Assembly: GCF_048593235.1 (NCBI RefSeq)
Contig: NC_133620.1
Coordinates: 440,725,261-440,789,260, forward strand
DNA length: 64,000 nucleotides
Direction: 5' to 3'
Source of the DNA: Sminthopsis crassicaudata
Lineage: Eukaryota
In this document: positions 12,701 to 24,700 of the stretch, piece by piece
How the letters are laid out: every line of letters starts with the position of its first letter
Numbering within the stretch: the stretch's first letter is position 1
The notes under the pieces: model-generated
Seen by the model: the letters and a program-made list of their open reading frames with translations, nothing else
Databases searched by the model: none
Told to the model about the DNA's origin: nothing
Made by a program: the position numbers and the translations under genes

Positions 12701-15700
12701 ATGTTCTCATCTTTCTCTTCGTTTTTTGTTACCGAGGTTTAGATTTTTCTTTTTTCATTGTCAAAAAAAAAAAAAAAAAATTTCTGCATTGGCTATANNN
12801 NNNNNNNNNNNNNNNNNNNNNNNNNNNNNNNNNNNNNNNNNNNNNNNNNNNNNNNNNNNNNNNNNNNNNNNNNNNNNNNNNNNNNNNNNNNNNNNNNNNN
12901 NNNNNNNNNNNNNNNNNNNNNNNNNNNNNNNTAAATCTTTCACCTCTATCAAGAGGTAGAGGTACCATGTTTCATTAATTTTCCAGAATCATGGTTAATC
13001 ATTCTCAAGATTAGAGATCAAAATTGTTTGACTTTACAATACTGTCACTGTAGTGGATATCTTCAACAAAGAGAAGATCTAATTCAGATCCAATTGATCA
13101 ATGATGGGCAGAATCAGCTATACCCACAAAAGGAACACTGGGAAATGAGTGTAAACTGTTTGCATTTTTGTTTCTTCCCAGGTTATTTTTACCTTCTGAA
13201 TCCAATTCTTCCTGTGGGGGGGGGGGGGGAAAAAAAACGGTTCTGCACACATATATTGTATCTTGCATATACTATAATATATTTAACATGTATGAGAATG
13301 CCTGCATCTAGGGGAGAGGGTAGAGGGAAAGAGGGGAAAATTCGGCACAGAAGGGAGTGCAAGGGATAATGTTGTAAAAAATTAACCATTCACATGTACT
13401 GTCAAAATAAAAATGTTAAAATAAATTAATTAAAAAAACAAAATACTGTCACTGTATAAACTGTTCTAGTTCTATCAATTCACTCTGCATCAGTTCATAC
13501 AAGCTTTTCGTGTTTCTCTGAAACAAAACTCATCATGATAGGCATCCTCTCAGATTCCCATTCATTGCAGCTTCAAAAAAAGATATTTGTGTAACTCATA
13601 AAGCAAATCTCTTCTTTAATGAACCTTTCCTCTAATTCCTCTTTCTCCCCCTCTTCAGTGAAAAGATTTCTGCTTATGTATGTGTATTCTTCTCTCCTTA
13701 GACCAGTTCAAAGCATAATGAGGTTTGAAAATCTCTTCTCCAACCCCCACTTTCCTCCCACTTTCTAAACAAGTCTATCAGAGCACCTAGATTCTGTGAG
13801 ATAAATTTTTTCTGTTCTTCCTCACCTTCCTCACACACTAGCAAATTTCTCTTCTTTTTCCATTCTTCTTTGTAAGATCATCAAAATCTAAAAGAACCTC
13901 TCTCAGGTCTTCTGTCTAATCAGACACCCTCTATAACCCTTGATGACAGGGTTCTGCAGTATCTCCCTATATTTGAATATAAGCACTTTATTCTTGTCTA
14001 AATTCCTCTTCATTGTTCAATCATATTTACTTTCTTAAGTTGGATTTGTTTTTGTTTTTTTTTAAATAAATTCCTTTATTTGAACTTTAAAGTTTCCATG
14101 CAGTTCTAGTCTTTTCATCAGAAATGCTTGGAAGTCCTTTTTCATTAACAATTCATTTTTCCCCCTTACAATGACAATGTTCAGTTTTGCTAGCTAAATT
14201 ATTCTTAACAGTAATCCTATATTCTTTGCCTTCTGAAAGTTTTCCAAGCTCTCTACTCCTTATTAGTGGTAGCTGCTAAATCAGCCTATGAGAATTGGAT
14301 GAGGATTTAGTTTCCACCAAATTATGAAATTTAAATCAGAAAAATGAAATGGAAACTTAAGAAATGAAGGCTAGCACAGAACAAGAGGGAAAAAACTAAC
14401 AGGGAAAAAGATTATGGGGTGGAAATTCAGAATTGCAAAGGATGTAATAAATGTAATCAGAAGTGAGTCTTAGAATAAGAAAGGCAATGTCATGGGGGGA
14501 GGGTGTGGAGGAAGGGGGGGATAATTTGGAAAAATGAATACAAGGGATAATATTATAAAAAAAATTACTCATGCATATATACTGTGGAAAAAAAATTCTA
14601 AAAAAAACAAACCAAAAAAAGAATAAGAAAGGCAATGGGAAAATATAATCAAAGGTAGGGACTTAGTCAAAAATGAAAGGGAAGAATTTAATTAAGGACA
14701 TATTCAGATCGAGGGAGAGGAGACAAGTTAAGATTTAAACTAGGAGTAGAGAGACTCACACTGTAAGATTAGGCACTTCAGTTTAGGCTGTGACCTTCAT
14801 GGTAATCAATCAATAAGGAATCGGGAAAGAGACTTCCATTTTGGGTAACAATATAAAAATACTTATCTACTGATTGCAAGTGTGCCTATTCTACAGTCAC
14901 CTACTTCTATACTTGTGTTTTTTAAGACTTTTAACTTTCCCTCCCCCAAGTCCAATGGAATTATTTCCTTCTACCTTAAATAGTGTTTCCTCAGAACTCC
15001 AATTCTTTCTTTCTAGATGCTTGTAGCATTTTTTTATGTGACCTGGAAGCTCTAATATTCCTGGGAATTTTCATTTCCACTTTACCCTCTGGATCTAAGT
15101 TCAATTAGTCAATAAACACCTGCCGTAAGTCAGACATAAAACTAAAACCCCGGCTAACAAAAAACAAAAGGCAGTCCTTGCCCTCAAGGAACTCACTAAT
15201 GGGGGAAATAAGCAGCTAGCAAATATGTACAAACAAAAGACACGACAGAAAATAGTAAATAATTTGGGGGAGGGGAGGTTGGGGTGGTGTGTGCACTAGA
15301 ATTGAGAGATGGAAAGGATTTCCTATAAGTGAGATTTAACTGGGACTTGAGCTGGGTAAAAAACACCTTTTTTTTTTTTTTTTTTTTTGGTCTCAATGAA
15401 GAGGTCCTGGGTCATTAAGAGGATATGACAGAGAAAGTAGGGAAGAGCACTGTCAGGAACCAGCTCAACCATATAGGCTCACTCCCTGTGGAGGTCACCT
15501 TATTTATTCAACAGAAAGTTATATCAAACCTATAAATCTGTCCATGGCCTATGCCATTTCTTCTGAACCTCATTTGGGTTAGTCCAGCAACGTATTCTGC
15601 CTGTGGGGTGTCTCTTCCCATTATACCCCTCAGACCTCTCCCACACATTATTATAACTTTTTTAGAGTACTGAATTTCTTTTTGGATTAAGCCTGCCAGT

Positions 15701-18700
15701 TAATGGCATCGTCCCACCTCATAGTGGGTTACCTTTCTCTTTGTTGACTGTGAGTTCTCCTAGGGAATTGGTCCTTTCCTTGCTAACTATATGCTCTCCC
15801 AAATCTACTGCATATTTACCACTCTAGGAGTTTATTTTACCTCTTCATTTTGTCAGTAATCTCAAGTGAACATAATCATTAAGGGGAAAAATGTGAATTG
15901 TTAATTAAGTCTAAGCATGGCCCTCTGCCTCATGGAGTCTTTTCCCTCCCTCCTTCCACATGGTGTCTCCCCTAACTTTGCTATGCTTCTTAATTCCACT
16001 TCTCATAGCTAACTCTTTTAGGGTGCTCAATTCTTTTCATGCTTTAGCCTCCCAGTTAAGGACATGCCAACTTCATGGGGTGTTTCCTTATGATTAGGGA
16101 ACTTGCCCTTTCCATAAAACCTCTTTCTATGCTCTTCCAACTTGATTTCATTTTTAACCATTCCTTGGTGTCTATTGTAACTCTTTATTTTGCCTAAAAC
16201 CTCTTCTCTGAAACAAACCTACTTTTGCCAAAGAGAATGGCCATTGTGAATTCTTCATATAACTGAACCCTAAAATTTGGTGCCTACTATCATCTAGGGT
16301 CTATATCAGCCACATCACCAAGCTCAACATTTGATGCTAACTGCTCACTTCAATCTCATCATTTGGTGCTGTATCTCAAATACATCAATGGCATTCAGAT
16401 AGTCCAATGATGCTTAAATTTCTTTTTCTCCTCAATCTCTTGTATAAGTATAATATCATCTTCTATTTTTTCAGTCTTTTGACTTCATTTTGATATTTGT
16501 TATCTCATACAGACATGTGTTTTTATTTGGCTCATTCTAAAGATCAGGAAGTTTGTTACATGGGTAAGGTTTTATACCTCTTGTACCTCTAATTCTTTCT
16601 TCAGTATATCTCATTTCTTTTCCATGAACCTCTCTCTAATAGTGTTGTAACAAGGTGTATCAGACCACACCCCATTCTCCAGTGAGCACAGTCTCTCTCC
16701 CTATGCTGACCAGGGCTAGAAAAATGACTCACTATGATGTTTTCTTGGATTGCCCAATCAGGATTCAGTCTTGTGAATTTTCTAGATCTGGTAGAATTGG
16801 AGGTAATATTTAATGTATTCTTCCTACCACTTGGCTCTGCTCACCCCATTCCCAGATGATTTTTTATCTACCAGATACTACTGGGCCTTTTCTCAGTTCT
16901 CATCCCTCTTGAAGTCTCTGCAGCTTGACATTGCTGATCAATCTCTTCCCCTTGATACGTTCCTCTAGGTTTTTGTGACATTGCACCTGGTTTTTCCTGG
17001 TTTTCTTCCTAACTTCCTAAAACAGGGAAGGAAAGGGTGATCAGAGGGGTCAAAGAGAATGAGGATTTCAAAAAGGCCACCAGATTTGTAATTCAGATAT
17101 CACTGGTGAATGGGTAAAGCCTAGTCTGAAAAGAGGGAGTTGCGAGACCTCCAGTGAGAAGACCAGGGAGAGGGAAGAGTGGCCCCTGGCACAACATTGG
17201 AGCTGCAGCAGAAGGACTTGGCAAGGTTAAAAGATAGCTATAATTGAAGTTGCCAAATGCTACTGAACAAAATGAAAGCACTGTGATCCCAGATCTTCTG
17301 AACCTCATTTGGGTTAGTCCAGCAACGTATTCTGCCTGTGGGATGTCTCTTCACTCCTTTCTTCATGAAGCTCTCAAGGCAAGTAATAGTATAAATAAGA
17401 TTTCTCACTGAACCCAGACAAGACACTTGCTACAGAGCCATCCAACAACCATTTGTTGGAATGATGCCAACAAAGCAGTACCAACAAACATTAAGAAAAT
17501 CAAAAGAAACAAGCCCTGTGGAGATGCAGCCAGGTAACTGATCCAGTTGAGGCTACAGCCACATATTTTGAAGACCCAAAAAGGGAAGTTCTTTTCACCA
17601 AAGTCTTTGGCACTGTCAAATGGTTCAACATCAGAAACTGAAGTGAAATCAGAAGAAACTCTCCAACAAGTGACCTAACACTCAAAAGTCATGACATGAC
17701 CCAATAAGATTCCTTATTAAAGACTATTTTTCTAAAAGATTAACTGTTAGTCTCCCTTCTCCAATCCATCCTCCAAACAACTGCTAAAATAACCTTCCTA
17801 AAGCAAAAGTCTGACCTCAAGGACTGCCAACGACTCCTTATTGCTCAAGGATAAGATACACATTCCTCAGCTTGATATGTAAATAAATCCTTTTACAATA
17901 CATATCCACCCTACCTTTCCAGGTTTACTGAATGTTATTTTTCTTCATGCACTCTACATTATAGTCAAATTGATTTATTCACTATTGCAGGTATTCCATA
18001 TTCTCCTGTCTCATGCTTTTGCATGTATCTCAAGCTTGGAATTCAGGCCTCTTCACCTTCGTTCAAAGCTCAGCTCATACATGCTCTCTTAGGCAAACTT
18101 TTCCTGCCTTCCTTAGTAGCTGGGACTTGCTCTTGGCTCAAGTTTTCCTGTAGATAAAGTATCTGTTTACCAATCAAAAACCTCATGCTAGACTGTAAAC
18201 TCCCTGAGAGTAGGGTCTAATTTTCCTTTTCTCTTTGAGTTGTCAGCATCAGCAGAATGCTAAGTAAATAAGCACTTGCTGGACTGGATCCCAAATAGAA
18301 CACTAGGGGCCAACTGGGGTTTTATTATTAGTTTTACTGATGACTTTCTTTATTTCTTTTATGGACACAGGAACTTTCTTCTTCAGCAAAATAAAAATAA
18401 GGTCCTTCTCTACTCAACTCCAGTATTCTTTCTAAATATCAGCTGGATGTCATCACAGAGGTACAGCACTAAACATTCATTTCAATGGAAGCATTTCAGT
18501 ATTAAATACTCCCTAGGGAATGAGAAAAAAGTCTCAGGAAATCTTCCTTGGACATTCTGGCTACAAAGCAAAAGGCAAGAGATACCCCAAGACAGTGACA
18601 TTTCAAATCACAAAACTGGAAGAGACAAAAGAAATTATCTTACTGATGGGGGAACCCTGAAACTCTCCTCCTTGAAACTGGGGTGAGCCCTGAAACTTGG

Positions 18701-21700
18701 ACAGGAATCCACACTTCGGGCAGTTAAATGGTTTCATTAAGATTGGCCCAGGACCAAACTGAGTGAATGTCCATCAATTGGAGAATGGCTGAATAAATTG
18801 TGGTACATAATATTACAGAATATTATTATTCTGTAAGAAATGACCAGCAGGATGATTTCAGAAAGGCCTGGAGAGACTGACATGAACTGATGCTGAGTGA
18901 AATGAGCAGGACCAGGAGATCATTGTATACTTCAACAACAATACTTTATGAATATCAGTTCTGATGGACGAGGCCCTCTTCAACAATGAGATGAACCAAA
19001 TCAGATCCAATAGAGCAGTAATGAATTGAACCAGCTACATAGAATTCCCAATCCCTCTAATTTTGTTCTCCTGCATTTTGGATTTTCTTCACAGGCCAAT
19101 TGTATGCTATTTCAAAATCCGATCCTTTTTGTACAGCAAAATAACTATTAATATGTAATCATATTGTATTTAATATATACTTTAGCATATTTAATATGTA
19201 TTGGTCAACCTGCCATCAGGGGGAAGGGGTAGGGGGAAAGAGGGGGAAAAGTTGGAACAAAAGGTTTTGCAATTGTCAATTCTGAAAAAGTACCCATGCA
19301 TATATCTTGTAAATAAAAAGCTATAATAAATAAATAAATAAATAAAGTTTGGGGGGGGGGGGGAGAGATTGACCCAGGACCACTCCCTACTACTTAGCCC
19401 AACTTAAGTGGTCTCATTTAGCTGAAGAGCTAGACAAGCTATTTCTATTGCCCTCTATTAGCTGAAGATTAGGTCAGGGCCACTCCCAGCACAAACCTGG
19501 GGCATGTAAGACTGGGAGGCAAAGTTTCTAGGAAAACAGTTTTAACTATAATAAATATCAAAAGAAACCATTTCATTCCTCCTAAAAACAAAACAAACAA
19601 ACAAACAAAAAAAAACTCTAACCTCCTTAATGACATAAAAGATTTAACTGTTGTAAATTTTACTCATACCAAAAGGAAGGAAAAAATGCATTTTAGCAAT
19701 CCCCAAGTTACATTTAGTTTTGAAATATACTATATTAATTTCCAGGTACAATTTACCTTCTTAATTACATCTCATTCCGTACCTCACTGGATAAGAATTA
19801 ATATATCAAAATATCTTTGCAAATTATCATGCTAAGTACAATAGGCCAACAAGAAGCAAACAGAATGGCAGCAAATAAGAAAGCATGAAATTAACCTCTA
19901 TAATTTAAAAAATGCTATTTTGTTTTAAAATCTTTGTAACAGAAAGTGTGCTGGGTAGAGGATAATCAGAAACTAATGAGGTCTAAGATGTGAGCAGCAT
20001 CATTGCTATTTTAGATGGTGTACTGTTTAGAGTACAGGGCCTGGAAGCAGGAAGATCCGAATTGAAATCCAGTCTCAGATACCTATGTGACCCTGGGTAA
20101 GTCACTTCACCCTGTCTGCCTCAATGCCTCATTCATAAAATGAGCTACAGGAAGAAATGGCAAGCCACTGTGCCAAGAAAACTCCAAATGGGGTCACAAA
20201 TGGGAGTCATGACTGAAGTGAATGAAAGACCACAAAATGATTCAGGGGTTCTCAAACTACAGCCCGTGGGCCAGATGCAGCCTCTGAGGACGTTTATGCC
20301 GCCTGCAGGGTTATGGCAAATGGGCTGAGGGGTGGAGACAGAGTGTGAAGTTTTGTTTTTACTATAGTATGGCCCTCCAACAGTCTGAGGGACAGTGAAC
20401 TGGCCCCCTATTTAAAAAGTTTGAGGACCATTGTGATACATAAAGGCCAAAGGTAGTAAAACTTTTTTTAAAAAAGAAAAAAGGAGAAACAAAAGAAATT
20501 TTGGTTGTCAGACCTTTAACTTAATATCTCCTCTTAGCAAGAGTGACAGTAATTAACCTTATCCTCTAGGAAGTAACAGGTAAACTAGAGTGATGACCAG
20601 TCTTGGAGTAAGGCAAGACTTGTTCAAGGCCTGTCTGTCTCATATCCTAGCTGGGAGACCCCGGACAATTTTCACACTTGGAGTGCCCATATTAATGAAA
20701 TCACAGATTATCATTGGGGGTAAAAATCCCGCTGGCATCTTCCTAAAGGAAGAAGAGTTGACTGTCTTCAAGTTAGTGGTGAAGTTTATACACACCCAAC
20801 AAGACATTCAAAGAGAACTGAACAAGAAAACTGAGGAATTTCCGAGTTCAGAATAGTCCAAGTCGCTACTGGTCTCAAATCTACTACCCACCTAAAAGCT
20901 TCCAACTGCCCTACAGAAATCTTCATCAATATAAAATTCTACCTGAGATTCAGTTACTGACTGCTTCATAAGTATGGTGTCTCACAGAGGCACACTTATA
21001 GCACCCTAGGGGTTATTATAAAGCCAGCAGATAATGGGTTAAAAACATTTTTTAAAACATGAAGCTCAAGGAAACAAGTGTACCTGTAAAACCGAACTAA
21101 GAAGGCAATTATTTCACTTCAGTTACCAGCTGAATTCATCTCAAGGATCTGACACTGTTATTCAACAACATGTAGCAAATATTCTTTAAGTGAATTACAG
21201 AGGCAAAGTTTTAAGGCAGTCATGAACAAAGTAGCTCTGTTATCATACCTTCAATCCTAGTATCTTAAATACTGGTCATTCCTCTTGTATTAGAGAGCAA
21301 GGAAGCTAAAATATTTATGGCCTTGACGCCATAGATTCTTAATGTTTCTAAGTTAACCATAAAATTCCAGTCAAGCTTATTTCAGCAGATATCTTAGGTT
21401 TAAAGTACTGTACTAGGGGGAAAAAACAATAACATAAGAAACTCCCTTTTAGCTAGAAGCCAAACAACTTGAAAAACCAAATCAGAACCATCAAATCATA
21501 AAAATGGAAGAAAAATAAGAAATTTATTTCAACCTCATCTTAGGGAAAAGAAACAAACAAACCCAAAACCAAAAAGGAGGCCCAGAGGAATTAAGTCCAA
21601 ACTTGGTCGGCTCTAGCCAAGAAGAATGGTCTTCTCCATAAAATCACTGGTATCTATCATAACTACTTGGAGGTACTAAAAGATAAATAGGGGCCTGCTG

Positions 21701-24700
21701 CAGAAATACTCATGGAAATAGCTGACCCTATGACTGTGCAAAATTTGGAATGATTCTCTCAGTTCCAAAGCATGTGGTTAAAGTCTCTTCTGGAAACCTT
21801 TTCTTACAACTCCCTGAACTAAGTGTACAAAAAGTCAGATGACCTATGTATAAGCTATGTTATTTTGAGTTGTACTGTCAAGCAGTGTGTCAAGAATTAA
21901 TTTTTAGCCAAGACCTACCCTTCTAGACATATAAGATGGGAGGAATTCATCTTTATACCATTAAAATATAAACAATTTTGTTTCAATCGAGAATAAAACT
22001 GTTAGGTTTGACAAATTATTGGCTGGCCTCAAAAGTGTTATTGTTTACTATCATATCATCAAAAAAAAAATCCATTTTTTAATATTACCCTTTTGTTTCA
22101 CTTTCATCCCAGATTTCTGATGCTCCAAGTGATCTGTCCTGTACACACTTCATCCTCCTTCCTAGTTAGCTCTGCTTCAAACATTAAGCCCTTTCAGTAA
22201 AGACTTAAATTAAATCACAAACTTAGACCACTGTTTTTAATAATGATGAAATTACCAAAGGCATCCTGTGTCTACTAATAGGCTTTATGAACATGTACAA
22301 AAATTAATTGAATGAATTTGGATGATATAAATTTCATTAAAAAATAAAAGCTAAGAAGTGATCAGTTAAGTGAGAGCTTGGTAAGAAATACTCTGGTAGT
22401 CTTAAAAACTTTATTCTTCTATAGTACCTGATATCTGTGAATCAAACAGATAGTGCAAAAGAGTTTACAAGGCAGGAATTTTTTTTCTCTCCTAAACCTT
22501 ATATTTCATATCTAGAACTTCACTAAGTTTAGCTCCACCACCCCAAAGTTTTTGTACCTACCCATTCAGATTAGGTATTGCTTAGCATTTACCTCCTAAC
22601 AACCCAATAAAGCAGATGCTTTTGTCAGAGGCAGGATTCAAACCCAAAACTCCTAACTGAGGCTCTTTTCACTATACTACAGGCTCTCATGATTGTACTA
22701 ATGATACCAACTAACACCAATGATATTAAAGATACTAACAATCATCCAAAAATATATAGATATAAAGGCAGAACAACAAAAATTGTAGCACTTCTTTTAT
22801 TTGGAGAATGGAAATTTGGTTATAAACTAACCCAGCCAATGCCTCTTTACATTTGTACATTTACAAAAATCCTGGGAAATAAGCAGAGCATGTATTCCTC
22901 CCACTTTTTGATATTATGATACCTAATTATGTTTTATAGGGGAGACAAATGATTCAAGCTATATTTTAATCAGCTTATTTAATAATGGTTTTTGTGTTTA
23001 AAAGGTTCTGACACAAGAGTAAAACATAAGTATCTCTTTATTCAGTCTATACACTTCACCTAAAATAAAAAAAACAATAATTTCTGGTGATTTATCACAC
23101 TAAGCCTGACAAATTTAAGGTGTATTTTTAATTCATTATTGTCTTACACTGGTAAGACTTCAACAATCTATTTCTGACTTTGAAAGTGAACAACCCAAAA
23201 CAAGCAGCAAAAGCTGATTTGACATAGCAGTCTTACTAACAAGCATGTTATCACACAAACAGTGTGTCTTAACAAACATACTCTCTCAGAAATCCTGAGA
23301 CAAGGGTCTTGGTCTGTCCTCCAACAAATGCTAATGTTAGAAAACATTTTCTCAAATCAATACTATGTAGCTCACAAATTTTATATATGACTCCTAAGAC
23401 TTTTGCCAAGGCCTTATCGGGCTTCTGCTTTAAAAACATACAATGAGTTCAGCTCTAACCATATTCCAAAGTCAGTGCCCTAATAGCTAACAACAGAAAA
23501 AAAAAAAAAAAGCAACCAAAGAAATCGTATGAGAGGAAATGTACCTTTATTCTCTCATTCCAACACCAGAAGATGCTATGCTCAGGGTTTTGTCTTTCTT
23601 CAGGAACTGCTAAAGGTATGTGAATAATAGTATTTCTCAGTTTTAGGCTACCATGCAGCCAAGGATTTTCACGTTCTCTCCAAGCACTCAAGCTCCCAAA
23701 CAGGTAGACCACCGGAATCATTTCATAGGTGGGTATGTCAGAGTGAAGGGGTTAGCCAGGTGACTTCTCTCCATTCACAGGATAATTGGTTTGAATTGGC
23801 TCAAGTTATAGCCAATGTGTCATTTTCAAGATCAAGAGCTAGGACACAACTTCCTAGGCTGATGAAGACATTCTCTGCAGCACAGAGTACACAGAAAGTA
23901 GACTCAGTGTCTATCATGACAAGCTACTGACTGAAGACCTACAAGGGGGAAAATGGGGGAGGGGGGTGTCTGTTTTCTGCTTTTGTTTTCAAACTGGTAT
24001 TTCTAGCTGTCTTACTAAGTTACGTGCAATGTTACTATTTCAGTTAGCTTCCAACTAACAAAGATTTGGATACTCTTCTTTTAGATATCACTTCTGCGGT
24101 GTGTAACCTGAGAAGAGTGATCCAAATCCTCTGGCTTCAGGAACTACAGTGACAATAGATATTGCTGCAAGGGATCAGCAAATACAAACTACTGAATTCT
24201 AGTCTCAGATCTGAACAATACTTCTATTAGGCCCTTGGCTGAAGTTCAGCTTTTCAATCTAAAAGTCTAATCAGATTCCTACTCTTTGACAAAGTGATCT
24301 CACTACCAAGCATATGCCCCAACGAAGTCACTGAGAGAAACTATGGCAATTGATGTGACAAAGTATTCATAACCATAAACTTAGTGAATGCAAAAAACGG
24401 ATATCCATTGACTAAAAACAACTGGAAAATCTGTGGTATAGGAATGTAATGCATCATAAGAAATGATGTACAACACATAGAAATTCAGAGAAACCTGGAA
24501 AGTCTTGCATGAAGTTAGTAACTGTAACTTCAACTCAAGTTATAAACAGTGTCATCTGTGTCATCTTCATCTCCAACAAATAAGAAAAATAGAGTGCTGG
24601 GTTACTAACAAAGTGAAAAGAAAGCAGAACCATGAAAGCACATATCTCATTATTGCAATAAAGTAAATAATACTAAATGATGAACTATAATGAACAATCT

